DNA from: Escherichia coli
GTDB taxonomy: Bacteria; Pseudomonadota; Gammaproteobacteria; Enterobacterales; Enterobacteriaceae
DNA: 64,000 bases
Assembly: GCF_044324875.1 (NCBI RefSeq)
Contig: NZ_CP172185.1
Strand: one strand, 5' to 3'
Positions 14,253-27,319 of this stretch are shown piece after piece. A program made the translations under genes and the position numbers. A model generated the notes under the pieces. It saw nothing but the letters and a program-made list of their open reading frames with translations, was not told the origin of the DNA and did not search any database. Within the stretch, counting starts at the first letter, position 1. Every line of letters begins with the position of its first letter.

Positions 14253-15224
14253 TTAACGATCGCGTTGAACAGCGATGTGCGCGAGGCCGATGAGTGCTTC
14301 TCGCCACGGGGTGTCCGGGAGCACCTGTAACGCTGCGATGGCTTTGTCTGCTTCTTCCTCGGCACGCTGACGCGTCCATTCAAGAGAGCCACAAGCGTTC
14401 ATTGCTTCCAGAACCGGTTCCAGAAGATGACGACCGTTACCCTGTTCGATGGCGGTACGAATCATCTGTGCCTGTTCTGGTGTGCCATGATGCATTGCAT
14501 GCAGCAGCGGCAGCGTCGGTTTACCTTCGTTCAGATCGTCGCCGACGTTTTTACCTAACTGTTCGCCATCGGCATTGTAATCGAGTAAATCGTCGATCAA
14601 CTGGAAAGCAGTGCCGAGATAGCGCCCATAATCCTGCAGGCCTTTCTCCTCCTCCGGCGTACAGCCAGCCAGAATCCCGGAACACTGCGCGGCAGCCTCA
14701 AACAGACGCGCGGTTTTGCTATAGATAACGCGCATGTAGTTTTCTTCAGTGATGTCCGGATCGTTAACGTTCATCAGTTGCAGAACTTCACCTTCTGCGA
14801 TGACGTTTACGGCTTCTGACATGACTTCCAGCACTTTGAGCGAACCGAGGCTGGTCATCATCTGGAACGCGCGGGTATAAATAAAATCGCCTACCAGCAC
14901 GCTGGCGGCATTGCCAAATGCGGCGTTGGCGGTAGCTTTACCCCTGCGCATATCTGATTCATCCACAACGTCGTCGTGCAGCAGAGTCGCCGTGTGGATA
15001 AACTCGATCAGGGCAGCAATGGTGACATGCGCATTTCCCTCATAGCCAACAGCTCGTGCAGCCAGTACAGCAATCATCGGACGAATACGTTTACCGCCGC
15101 CGCTGACGATGTAATAGCCTAACTGATTGATCAGTTGGACGTCGGAATTAAGCTGCTCAAGGATTGCCGCATTAACACCCGCCATATCTTGCGCGGTTAA
15201 CTCATTGATTTTTTCTAAATTCAT
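14253..15224 (-). CDS. ispB: Octaprenyl diphosphate synthase
   Basis: 323-aa ORF with polyprenyl synthase aspartate-rich motifs (LLHDDVVDESDMRRG; FQLIDDLLDY). Confidence 0.95.
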   Translation of the reverse strand: MNLEKINELTAQDMAGVNAAILEQLNSDVQLINQLGYYIVSGGGKRIRPMIAVLAARAVGYEGNAHVTIAALIEFIHTATLLHDDVVDESDMRRGKATANAAFGNAASVLVGDFIYTRAFQMMTSLGSLKVLEVMSEAVNVIAEGEVLQLMNVNDPDITEENYMRVIYSKTARLFEAAAQCSGILAGCTPEEEKGLQDYGRYLGTAFQLIDDLLDYNADGEQLGKNVGDDLNEGKPTLPLLHAMHHGTPEQAQMIRTAIEQGNGRHLLEPVLEAMNACGSLEWTRQRAEEEADKAIAALQVLPDTPWREALIGLAHIAVQRDR

Positions 15225-15446
15225 CGCAAAAGCCGGGCTTTTCGCCCCGATTACCTTACTGTGAACAAAGGCAACTTAGGGTTTATGGTTAGGAATATAG
15301 GGTGATTGTACTGAAAAAATGGCACAGATAAACGTTACCGTACAAGTTGTGTTTTTTTTCTTCGTGTATTGACTGTAGCACTTGTCAAAGGCGTGCGTTT
15401 TGCGTAATATTCGCGCCCTATTGTGAATATTTATAGCGCACTCTGA

Positions 15447-16072
<626 letters not shown>

Positions 16073-16097
16073 GTTTTTCGCGTCCCGGTAACGGATG

Positions 16098-16128
16098 AAA
16101 GCCCCGCAACACGTTGCGGGGCTTTTTA
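16098..16128 (+). terminator. Intrinsic terminator after rpmA
   Basis: GC-rich hairpin gccccgcaac/gttgcggggc followed by TTTTT. Confidence 0.7.
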
Positions 16129-16198
16129 CATTCGATAACCGGTAAAAATGCGCATGGTGCGACGTTAATCCGCAAATGCGCTTTGCAGGGAATACGGT

Positions 16199-17164
16199 AT
16201 GAAGCAGCAGGCAGGCATTGGCATTCTTTTGGCGCTCACCACAGCAATTTGCTGGGGGGCGTTGCCAATCGCAATGAAGCAGGTGCTGGAGGTGATGGAA
16301 CCTCCGACAATCGTGTTTTACCGTTTCTTGATGGCGAGTATTGGCCTGGGTGCCATTCTTGCGGTGAAGAAGAGGTTGCCGCCATTACGCGTGTTTCGTA
16401 AGCCACGCTGGTTGATTTTGTTGGCAGTGGCGACCGCCGGGCTGTTTGGGAACTTCATCCTGTTCAGCTCATCCTTGCAATACCTGAGTCCGACCGCTTC
16501 GCAGGTGATTGGGCAACTCTCGCCAGTTGGCATGATGGTTGCCAGCGTATTTATCCTGAAAGAGAAAATGCGCAGCACTCAGGTTGTAGGGGCATTGATG
16601 CTCCTGAGCGGCCTGGTGATGTTTTTTAACACCAGTCTGGTCGAGATATTTACAAAGCTCACCGATTACACCTGGGGAGTTATCTTTGGGGTCGGTGCGG
16701 CGACGGTTTGGGTGAGTTATGGCGTGGCGCAAAAGGTTTTATTGCGTCGGCTGGCCTCACCGCAGATCCTGTTTTTACTGTACACTTTATGTACAATTGC
16801 GCTCTTCCCTCTGGCAAAGCCTGGAGTGATAGCGCAGCTTAGCCACTGGCAGCTCGCATGTTTAATTTTTTGCGGACTGAATACATTGGTAGGATATGGC
16901 GCCCTGGCGGAAGCGATGGCTCGCTGGCAGGCAGCGCAGGTGAGCGCGATCATCACGCTCACCCCACTGTTTACGCTGTTTTTTTCAGATCTTTTATCAC
17001 TGGCCTGGCCCGATTTCTTCGCCAGACCGATGTTAAACCTTTTAGGTTATCTCGGTGCGTTTGTCGTGGTTGCGGGCGCGATGTATTCCGCCATTGGTCA
17101 TCGTATTTGGGGCGGATTACGTAAGCATACAACGGTGGTATCGCAACCCCGCGCAGGCGAATGA
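16199..17164 (+). CDS. yhbE: EamA/DMT-family inner-membrane transporter
   Basis: 321-aa polytopic ORF between rpmA and obgE. Confidence 0.9.
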   Translation: MKQQAGIGILLALTTAICWGALPIAMKQVLEVMEPPTIVFYRFLMASIGLGAILAVKKRLPPLRVFRKPRWLILLAVATAGLFGNFILFSSSLQYLSPTASQVIGQLSPVGMMVASVFILKEKMRSTQVVGALMLLSGLVMFFNTSLVEIFTKLTDYTWGVIFGVGAATVWVSYGVAQKVLLRRLASPQILFLLYTLCTIALFPLAKPGVIAQLSHWQLACLIFCGLNTLVGYGALAEAMARWQAAQVSAIITLTPLFTLFFSDLLSLAWPDFFARPMLNLLGYLGAFVVVAGAMYSAIGHRIWGGLRKHTTVVSQPRAGE

Positions 17165-18352
<1,188 letters not shown>

Positions 18353-18376
18353 TCACTGATGATAAACGCCAAATAA

Positions 18377-18476
18377 GCCTGATGCGCTACGCTTATCAGG
18401 CCTACAAGAGAATTGCAAAATGTTGAATTTGCACGACTTTGTAGGCCGGATAAGGCGTTCACGCCGCATCCGGCAT
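18377..18476. repeat. REP (repetitive extragenic palindromic) elements
   Basis: gcctgatgcgctacgcttatcaggcctaca and tgtaggccggataaggcgttcacgccgcatccggcat, typical E. coli REP sequences, between obgE and dacB. Confidence 0.8.
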
Positions 18477-18504
18477 AAACAAAGTGCACTTTGTCAATAA
18501 TCTG

Positions 18505-18535
18505 AAGCCCCGGCCATGTGCCGGGGTTTCTCTTT
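18505..18535 (+). terminator. Hairpin plus T-tract terminator downstream of obgE
   Basis: ccccggccatgtgccgggg followed by tttctcttt. Confidence 0.6.
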
Positions 18536-18538
18536 AGA

Positions 18539-19972
18539 CTAATTATTCTGATAAATATCTTTATACAAACGGCTTTCAAATCGCACTAACGGAATACGGC
18601 GATTACGCTGATCCGCCGGTTCTACTGCATAGCCGGAAAGATATTGTACAAACGCCATTCGTTGCCCGCTCGCCGTGGTAATGAATCCCGCCAGGTTATA
18701 TACCCCCTGCAACGAGCCGGTTTTCGCTGAGACTTTGCCATCCACGCCCGCCTGATGCAGACCTGCACGGTACTGCAAAGAGCCGTCATAGCCCGCCAGC
18801 GGTAGCATAGAGATAAAGTTAAGTTCATTGTCGTGTTGGGCAATGTATTGCAGCACCTGCATCATGGTGGCGGGGGCAATCAGGTTATGCCGCGAAAGCC
18901 CTGAACCATCGGCAATAATGGTGTTACCAATATCGACACCGGCTTGCTGGCGCAGGATCTGACGCACGGCGTCCGACCCGGCCCGCCATGTTCCAGGCAC
19001 ATTGAAGCGCGCATGGCCTATCATGCGGAAAACCGTATCGGCAATCATGTTGTCCGACTTTTTCAGCATAATCTTAAGCAGATCGTGCAGCGGGGCCGAC
19101 TGTTTACTGGCAACTACCGTTCCAGGTTCGTTAACCTGAGTCTGGCGTAGCAGTGTTCCGCTCCAGGTGATACCTGCCTGTTTTAACTCATCTTTCAGAA
19201 TTGCCCCAGCATAGCTGGCTCCATCCTGCACGGCAAAAGCCAACGGGAGCGGCTCAGAACGTTGTGGCAGGCATCCGGTCAGCGTAAAGCGGTTCAGGTC
19301 GCCTGGCACCACATCCAGCTCGCAATATTGCGCTTCGGCAGAACCACGGGGGAGGGTGCGTACCTGGCTGAACATCGTAACGGGGTAATAAGATGCCACG
19401 CGTATAAAAGCCATATCACCAGGTTTTGGGGCACTGTAGAGCGAGACGGAGAAACAGTTGCGGTCAACTATGGCGGCGGCAGGCGGAGCGCTAAAGCATT
19501 GTGTCATGTCATTCCATGGCCAGCCGGGGGCTTTATCGTGGCTGGCGAAAATGGAGGTATCTATCAACACATTGCCATCGATTTGGTTGACGCCAGATTT
19601 TTTCAAAGTCGCGACCATATTGCGAATATCCTGACGTTTTAACGTCGGATCGGCACCAAATCGCGCCACTAAGTCACCCTTAAGTACGCCGTTTTCCACA
19701 TTGCCTTTGGTTTCAAGCGTCGTGGTAAAACGAAAATCGGGGCCGAGTTGAATCAACGCCGCCAGCGCAGTAATCACTTTCTGGGTACTGGCGGGCAGCG
19801 CCATCTGCTGACTGTGGTAATCAATAGCGGGGGCCGACGCGCCGACTTTTTGCACCATCAGGGCAAGGTTGGCACCAGCGGGGAGTTGAGTAATGTACTC
19901 ATCAACATTTGCGGCCTGAACACTGAACGCTATACAGCTGGTCAATCCGATGATAAATCTGGAAAATCGCAT
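18539..19972 (-). CDS. dacB: D-alanyl-D-alanine carboxypeptidase/endopeptidase PBP4
   Basis: 477-aa ORF with signal peptide and active-site STQK motif (ASTQKVITALAAL). Confidence 0.95.
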   Translation of the reverse strand: MRFSRFIIGLTSCIAFSVQAANVDEYITQLPAGANLALMVQKVGASAPAIDYHSQQMALPASTQKVITALAALIQLGPDFRFTTTLETKGNVENGVLKGDLVARFGADPTLKRQDIRNMVATLKKSGVNQIDGNVLIDTSIFASHDKAPGWPWNDMTQCFSAPPAAAIVDRNCFSVSLYSAPKPGDMAFIRVASYYPVTMFSQVRTLPRGSAEAQYCELDVVPGDLNRFTLTGCLPQRSEPLPLAFAVQDGASYAGAILKDELKQAGITWSGTLLRQTQVNEPGTVVASKQSAPLHDLLKIMLKKSDNMIADTVFRMIGHARFNVPGTWRAGSDAVRQILRQQAGVDIGNTIIADGSGLSRHNLIAPATMMQVLQYIAQHDNELNFISMLPLAGYDGSLQYRAGLHQAGVDGKVSAKTGSLQGVYNLAGFITTASGQRMAFVQYLSGYAVEPADQRNRRIPLVRFESRLYKDIYQNN

Positions 19973-20219
19973 AATCTCGCGCTAACAACCTGGAATCGAG
20001 CCGTCATACTACGGCGCAACGCCCTATAAAGTAAACGATGACCCTTCGGGAACTTCAGGGTAAAATGACTATCAAAATGTGAATTGTAGCTGACCTGGGA
20101 CTTGTACCCGGGTCGGTATTTTTTTGCTTCTGGTCCCGGTGAGGAGTTATGCCGGGCAGGCCGAACAGCCGGGGTGGGTGAAGACTTGCCCCATCAGGAA
20201 TATTCAAGAGGTATAACAA

Positions 20220-20696
<477 letters not shown>

Positions 20697-20737
20697 GAAT
20701 TACCCAATACTCAAGATGTTGATGTATTGTAAAGAAA

Positions 20738-20766
20738 GGAAAAAGGCCGCTATGCGGCCTTTTATC
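20738..20766. terminator. Bidirectional intrinsic terminator between convergent greA and yhbY
   Basis: aaaa-aggccgc-tat-gcggcct-tttt: A-tract, perfect hairpin, T-tract. Confidence 0.75.
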
Positions 20767-20851
20767 AACGAACAGAGCGTGGCATTTTGCTCTCCTGCCT
20801 GCGGAAAACCCCTCGTTTTACACAGCAAATGTGTGTAACTTTAGGATAATC

Positions 20852-21145
20852 TTAGCGTGGCAGCGAGATTTTACGTTCTTTAGTTGGGCGATAAAGCACC
20901 AGCGTTTTACCGATGACCTGTACATTACAGGCGCCGGTTTCGCGCACGATAGCTTCCACGATCAAGGTTTTAGTTTCGCGATCTTCGGTGGCGATTTTCA
21001 CCTTGATGAGTTCATGGTGCTCTAACGCTTGTTCAATCTCGGCCAGCACCCCTTCGGTCAAACCATTACTGCCAAGCAGAACAACTGGCTTGAGCGGATG
21101 TGCCAGACCTTTCAGGTGCTGTTTTTGTTTAGTACTCAGATTCAT
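20852..21145 (-). CDS. yhbY: CRS1/YhbY-family ribosome-assembly RNA-binding protein
   Basis: 97-aa ORF MNLSTKQKQHLKGLAHPLKPVVLLGSNGLTEGVLAEIEQALEHHELIKVKI... Confidence 0.93.
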   Translation of the reverse strand: MNLSTKQKQHLKGLAHPLKPVVLLGSNGLTEGVLAEIEQALEHHELIKVKIATEDRETKTLIVEAIVRETGACNVQVIGKTLVLYRPTKERKISLPR

Positions 21146-21270
21146 CGTATTTTTTGCTTACGTTGGGATTGAAAACGGGTCATTCTACCGCCATCTCCCA
21201 TATATCACCAAATAGGCGCGTAAAAATTTACGCAATTGGTTACGATGAGTTATCCCCATGGGAAAGTTAA

Positions 21271-21900
21271 ATGACAGGTAAGAAGCGTTCTGCCAGCTCC
21301 AGCCGCTGGCTTCAGGAACACTTTAGCGATAAATATGTTCAACAGGCACAGAAAAAGGGGTTACGTTCCCGTGCCTGGTTTAAACTTGATGAAATACAGC
21401 AAAGTGACAAACTCTTTAAACCGGGAATGACGGTTGTCGACCTTGGTGCTGCTCCGGGTGGTTGGTCACAATATGTGGTCACCCAAATTGGCGGCAAAGG
21501 CCGCATCATCGCTTGCGATCTTTTACCTATGGATCCTATCGTTGGTGTGGACTTTCTTCAGGGCGATTTTCGTGATGAACTGGTGATGAAAGCACTGCTG
21601 GAGCGCGTTGGCGACAGCAAAGTCCAGGTTGTCATGTCCGATATGGCACCAAACATGAGCGGAACACCGGCGGTGGATATCCCCCGTGCCATGTATCTGG
21701 TGGAACTGGCGCTAGAAATGTGTCGTGATGTATTAGCGCCAGGTGGCAGTTTTGTAGTGAAGGTGTTCCAGGGCGAAGGTTTCGATGAGTATCTAAGGGA
21801 AATTCGCTCCCTGTTTACGAAGGTCAAAGTTCGTAAGCCGGACTCTTCTCGTGCACGTTCGCGGGAAGTGTATATTGTAGCGACCGGGCGTAAACCCTAA
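21271..21900 (+). CDS. rlmE: 23S rRNA U2552 2'-O-methyltransferase
   Basis: 209-aa ORF with SAM-binding motif [13 protein letters not shown]. Confidence 0.95.
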
Positions 21901-21990
21901 CCGGGAGATTTCAGACGAAAGTTTGAAAGATGCTGGATATAGAGTATCCTGACGCTGTTTTTAACACAGTTGTAATAAGAGGTTAATCCC

Positions 21991-23934
21991 TTGAGTGACA
22001 TGGCGAAAAACCTAATACTCTGGCTGGTCATTGCCGTTGTGCTGATGTCAGTATTCCAGAGCTTTGGGCCCAGCGAGTCTAATGGCCGTAAGGTGGATTA
22101 CTCTACCTTCCTACAAGAGGTCAATAACGACCAGGTTCGTGAAGCGCGTATCAACGGACGTGAAATCAACGTTACCAAGAAAGATAGTAACCGTTATACC
22201 ACTTACATTCCGGTTCAGGATCCGAAATTACTGGATAACCTGTTGACCAAGAACGTCAAGGTTGTCGGTGAACCGCCTGAAGAACCAAGCCTGCTGGCTT
22301 CTATCTTCATCTCCTGGTTCCCGATGCTGTTGCTGATTGGTGTCTGGATCTTCTTCATGCGTCAAATGCAAGGCGGCGGTGGCAAAGGTGCCATGTCGTT
22401 TGGTAAGAGCAAAGCGCGCATGCTGACTGAAGATCAGATCAAAACGACCTTTGCTGACGTTGCGGGCTGCGACGAAGCAAAAGAAGAAGTTGCTGAACTG
22501 GTTGAGTATCTGCGCGAGCCGAGCCGCTTCCAGAAACTCGGCGGTAAGATCCCGAAAGGCGTTCTGATGGTCGGTCCTCCGGGTACCGGTAAAACGCTGC
22601 TGGCGAAAGCGATTGCAGGCGAAGCGAAAGTTCCGTTCTTTACTATCTCCGGTTCTGACTTCGTCGAAATGTTCGTCGGTGTGGGTGCATCCCGTGTTCG
22701 TGACATGTTCGAACAGGCGAAGAAAGCGGCACCGTGTATCATCTTTATCGATGAAATCGACGCCGTAGGCCGCCAGCGTGGCGCAGGCCTGGGCGGTGGT
22801 CACGATGAACGTGAACAGACTCTGAACCAGATGCTGGTTGAGATGGATGGCTTCGAAGGTAACGAAGGTATCATCGTTATCGCCGCAACTAACCGTCCGG
22901 ACGTTCTCGACCCGGCGCTGCTGCGTCCTGGCCGTTTCGACCGTCAGGTTGTGGTTGGTTTGCCAGATGTTCGCGGTCGTGAGCAGATCCTGAAAGTTCA
23001 CATGCGTCGCGTACCATTGGCACCCGATATCGACGCGGCAATCATTGCCCGTGGTACTCCTGGTTTCTCCGGTGCTGACCTGGCGAACCTGGTGAACGAA
23101 GCGGCACTGTTCGCTGCTCGTGGCAACAAACGCGTTGTGTCGATGGTTGAGTTCGAGAAAGCGAAAGACAAAATCATGATGGGTGCGGAACGTCGCTCCA
23201 TGGTGATGACGGAAGCGCAGAAAGAATCAACGGCTTACCACGAAGCGGGTCATGCGATTATCGGTCGCCTGGTGCCGGAACACGATCCGGTGCACAAAGT
23301 GACGATTATCCCACGCGGTCGTGCTCTGGGTGTGACTTTCTTCTTGCCTGAGGGCGACGCAATCAGCGCCAGCCGTCAGAAACTGGAAAGCCAGATTTCT
23401 ACGCTGTACGGTGGTCGTCTGGCAGAAGAGATCATCTACGGGCCGGAACATGTTTCTACCGGTGCGTCCAACGATATTAAAGTTGCGACCAACCTGGCAC
23501 GTAACATGGTGACTCAGTGGGGCTTCTCTGAGAAATTGGGTCCACTGCTGTACGCGGAAGAAGAAGGTGAAGTGTTCCTCGGCCGTAGCGTAGCGAAAGC
23601 GAAACATATGTCCGATGAAACTGCACGTATCATCGACCAGGAAGTGAAAGCACTGATTGAGCGTAACTATAATCGTGCGCGTCAGCTTCTGACCGACAAT
23701 ATGGATATTCTGCATGCGATGAAAGATGCTCTCATGAAATATGAGACTATCGACGCACCGCAGATTGATGACCTGATGGCACGTCGCGATGTACGTCCGC
23801 CAGCGGGCTGGGAAGAACCAGGCGCTTCTAACAATTCTGGCGACAATGGTAGTCCAAAGGCTCCACGTCCGGTTGATGAACCGCGTACGCCGAACCCGGG
23901 TAACACCATGTCAGAGCAGTTAGGCGACAAGTAA
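21991..23934 (+). CDS. ftsH: ATP-dependent zinc metalloprotease FtsH
   Basis: AAA+ Walker A GPPGTGKT and zinc motif HEAGHA. ORF track start 21991; the ATG at 22000 (MAKNLILW...) gives the 644-aa form I recall, so the 5' end is ambiguous by 9 nt. Confidence 0.93.
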
Positions 23935-23965
23935 GTTCCCGCATCAGATGACTGTATTTGTACCG

Positions 23966-23996
23966 AAAACCCCGGGGCGTGCTCCGGGGTTTTTTC
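23966..23996 (+). terminator. Hairpin plus T-tract after ftsH (probably partial terminator)
   Basis: aaaaccccggggcgtgctccggggtttttt. Confidence 0.6.
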
Positions 23997-24023
23997 TTAT
24001 CAATTCATACCAGGGATAACACC

Positions 24024-24872
24024 ATGAAACTTTTTGCCCAGGGCACTTCACTGGACCTTAGCCATCCTCACGTAATGGGGATCCTCAACGTCACGCCTGA
24101 TTCCTTTTCGGATGGCGGCACGCATAACTCGCTGATAGATGCGGTGAAACATGCGAATCTGATGATCAACGCTGGCGCGACGATCATTGACGTTGGTGGC
24201 GAGTCCACGCGCCCAGGGGCGGCGGAAGTTAGCGTTGAAGAAGAGTTGCAACGTGTTATTCCTGTGGTTGAGGCAATTGCTCAACGCTTCGAAGTCTGGA
24301 TCTCGGTCGATACATCCAAACCAGAAGTCATCCGTGAGTCAGCGAAAGTTGGCGCTCACATTATTAATGATATTCGCTCCCTTTCCGAACCAGGGGCTCT
24401 GGAGGCAGCTGCAGAAACCGGTTTACCGGTTTGTCTGATGCATATGCAGGGAAATCCAAAGACCATGCAGGAAGCCCCGAAGTATGACGATGTCTTTGCG
24501 GAAGTGAATCGCTATTTTATTGAGCAAATAGCACGTTGCGAGCAGGCGGGTATCGCAAAAGAGAAATTGTTGCTCGACCCCGGATTCGGTTTCGGTAAAA
24601 ATCTCTCCCATAACTATTCATTACTGGCGCGCCTGGCTGAATTTCACCATTTCAACCTGCCGCTGTTGGTGGGTATGTCACGAAAATCGATGATTGGGCA
24701 GCTGCTGAACGTGGGGCCGTCCGAGCGTCTGAGCGGTAGTCTGGCTTGTGCGGTCATTGCCGCAATGCAAGGCGCGCACATCATTCGTGTTCATGACGTC
24801 AAAGAAACCGTAGAAGCGATGCGGGTGGTGGAAGCCACTCTGTCTGCAAAGGAAAACAAACGCTATGAGTAA
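24024..24872 (+). CDS. folP: Dihydropteroate synthase
   Basis: ORF 23958..24872; start at Met of [32 protein letters not shown]... (282 aa). Confidence 0.92.
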
Positions 24873-26202
24873 TCGTAAATATTTCGGTACCGATGGGATT
24901 CGTGGTCGTGTAGGGGATGCGCCGATCACCCCTGATTTTGTGCTTAAGCTGGGTTGGGCCGCGGGTAAAGTGCTGGCGCGCCACGGCTCCCGTAAGATCA
25001 TTATTGGTAAAGACACACGTATTTCTGGCTATATGCTGGAGTCAGCACTGGAAGCGGGTCTGGCGGCTGCCGGTCTTTCCGCGCTCTTCACTGGCCCGAT
25101 GCCAACACCGGCCGTGGCTTATCTGACGCGGACTTTCCGCGCAGAGGCTGGGATTGTGATATCTGCATCGCATAACCCGTTCTACGATAATGGCATTAAA
25201 TTTTTCTCTATCGACGGCACCAAACTACCGGATGCAGTAGAAGAGGCCATCGAAGCGGAAATGGAAAAAGAGATCAGCTGTGTTGATTCGGCAGAACTGG
25301 GTAAAGCCAGCCGTATCGTTGATGCTGCGGGTCGCTATATCGAGTTTTGCAAAGCCACGTTCCCGAACGAACTTAGCCTCAGTGAACTGAAGATTGTGGT
25401 GGATTGTGCAAACGGTGCGACTTATCACATCGCGCCGAACGTGCTGCGTGAACTGGGAGCGAACGTTATCGCTATCGGTTGTGAGCCGAACGGTGTAAAC
25501 ATCAATGCCGAAGTGGGGGCTACCGACGTTCGCGCGCTCCAGGCTCGTGTGCTGGCTGAAAAAGCGGATCTCGGTATTGCCTTCGACGGCGACGGCGATC
25601 GCGTGATTATGGTTGACCATGAAGGCAATAAAGTCGATGGCGATCAGATCATGTATATCATCGCGCGTGAAGGTCTTCGTCAGGGCCAGCTGCGTGGTGG
25701 CGCTGTGGGTACATTGATGAGCAACATGGGGATTGAACTGGCGCTGAAACAGTTAGGAATTCCATTTGCGCGCGCGAAAGTGGGTGACCGCTACGTACTG
25801 GAAAAAATGCAGGAGAAAGGCTGGCGTATCGGTGCAGAGAATTCCGGTCATGTGATCCTGCTGGATAAAACCACTACCGGTGACGGCATCGTTGCTGGCT
25901 TGCAGGTGCTGGCGGCGATGGCACGTAACCATATGAGCCTGCACGACCTTTGCAGCGGCATGAAAATGTTCCCGCAGATTCTGGTTAACGTGCGTTACAC
26001 CGCAGGTAGCGGCGATCCGCTTGAGCATGAGTCAGTTAAAGCCGTGACCGCAGAGGTTGAAGCTGCGCTGGGCAACCGTGGACGCGTTTTGCTGCGTAAA
26101 TCTGGCACCGAGCCGTTAATTCGCGTGATGGTAGAAGGTGAAGACGAAGCGCAGGTAACTGAATTTGCACACCGTATCGCCGATGCAGTAAAAGCCGTTT
26201 AA
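24865..26202 (+). CDS. glmM: Phosphoglucosamine mutase
   Basis: 445-aa ORF with active-site ISASHNP motif; 8-nt overlap with folP. Confidence 0.96.
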   Translation: MSNRKYFGTDGIRGRVGDAPITPDFVLKLGWAAGKVLARHGSRKIIIGKDTRISGYMLESALEAGLAAAGLSALFTGPMPTPAVAYLTRTFRAEAGIVISASHNPFYDNGIKFFSIDGTKLPDAVEEAIEAEMEKEISCVDSAELGKASRIVDAAGRYIEFCKATFPNELSLSELKIVVDCANGATYHIAPNVLRELGANVIAIGCEPNGVNINAEVGATDVRALQARVLAEKADLGIAFDGDGDRVIMVDHEGNKVDGDQIMYIIAREGLRQGQLRGGAVGTLMSNMGIELALKQLGIPFARAKVGDRYVLEKMQEKGWRIGAENSGHVILLDKTTTGDGIVAGLQVLAAMARNHMSLHDLCSGMKMFPQILVNVRYTAGSGDPLEHESVKAVTAEVEAALGNRGRVLLRKSGTEPLIRVMVEGEDEAQVTEFAHRIADAVKAV

Positions 26203-26218
26203 AGCGTTAGATAACTGG

Positions 26219-26250
26219 CTAAAAAGGCGGCGATTGTCGCCTTTTTTCTC
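26219..26250 (+). terminator. Intrinsic terminator after glmM
   Basis: aaaaaggcggcgattgtcgccttttttc. Confidence 0.7.
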
Positions 26251-26429
26251 GGCGAACACATCGGTTTTGCTGTTTTTTTCCGCAGTTGATACAATGCAAT
26301 AAAATTGCCCTTGCGAAGGTCATTCGCTTTGGTTAGTATTCACACCCGCTTCAGTGGGAAAGATTAAAAACTCCCGCTTTATTGGTTGAAGCATTGGTAC
26401 GCGGCAACTCCGCAAGGAACAGGTTGATT

Positions 26430-26762
26430 ATGTACGAAGCTCTTTTGGTAGTTTTCCTTATTGTGGCAATTGGCCTTGTTGGTCTGATCATGCTGCAGCA
26501 AGGTAAAGGCGCTGATATGGGAGCCTCCTTCGGAGCAGGCGCTTCCGCTACGCTGTTTGGTTCAAGTGGTTCTGGTAACTTCATGACCCGCATGACGGCG
26601 CTGCTGGCAACGTTATTCTTCATCATCAGTCTGGTGCTGGGTAACATCAATAGCAATAAAACCAATAAAGGTAGCGAATGGGAAAACCTGAGTGCGCCGG
26701 CGAAAACCGAACAAACTCAGTCAGCTGCTCCGGCTAAGCCGACCAGCGATATCCCGAACTAA
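26430..26762 (+). CDS. secG: Protein translocase subunit SecG
   Basis: ORF 26382..26762; start at Met of MYEALLVVFLIVAIGLVGLIMLQQGKGADMGASFGAGAS... (110 aa). Confidence 0.92.
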   Translation: MYEALLVVFLIVAIGLVGLIMLQQGKGADMGASFGAGASATLFGSSGSGNFMTRMTALLATLFFIISLVLGNINSNKTNKGSEWENLSAPAKTEQTQSAAPAKPTSDIPN

Positions 26763-26776
26763 AAAGTAGTATCCGT

Positions 26777-26863
26777 GCCGAGGTGGTGGAATTGGTAGAC
26801 ACGCTACCTTGAGGTGGTAGTGCCCAATAGGGCTTACGGGTTCAAGTCCCGTCCTCGGTACCA
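26777..26863 (+). tRNA. leuU: tRNA-Leu (anticodon GAG), co-transcribed with secG
   Basis: GCCGAGGTGGTGGAATTGGTAGACACGCTACCTTGAGGTGGTAG...GGTTCAAGTCCCGTCCTCGGTACCA: long variable arm, CTTGAGG anticodon loop, 3' CCA. Confidence 0.93.
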
Positions 26864-26873
26864 AATTCCAGAA

Positions 26874-26903
26874 AAGAGACGCTGAAAAGCGTCTTTTTTC
26901 GTT
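26874..26903 (+). terminator. Intrinsic terminator after leuU
   Basis: agacgc-tgaaaa-gcgtct followed by TTTTTT. Confidence 0.8.
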
Positions 26904-27319
26904 TTGGTCCTGGTCTGAGGAATGGTTGTCAGGTATCTGTATCTCGTCCAGTTGCTTTACTCGTAGCTGGTACTTTGAAACGATGGTGCCGGTACGCCTT
27001 AGTTATAAACTTTTCCCTTCTGCTGACATAATTGGCACTTTATTGTGTCAACTCCAGTTCCGGTACGAATACGGATATGTTTACTTCTCGATAAACCATC
27101 CTGCTCCTGTCAGTATAACTACTGATGGCTACGTTCTGCGTAATGTTTAGAGACGCATTGATAATGTTATTTAATTACTGAGAACAATGGCCGCATCATT
27201 TAAAAAGAAAAAACTAACAGTGTTTCGGTCTGATATGGATCAGAGTTGAAAAACATGTCTGATATAAAATTGAACATTGTTGATAATTGTTTATATTGGT
27301 TGTGAACTTGGATTTCTGG

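Noticed and set aside
14170-14392. Two overlapping ORFs of about 70 aa at the ispB 3' end
   Set aside because: Arg/Ser-rich low-complexity translations overlapping the ispB stop and an intergenic hairpin; no start context.
22228-23001. 257-aa ORF antisense to ftsH
   Set aside because: Shadow ORF; the sense strand encodes the AAA+ core of FtsH.
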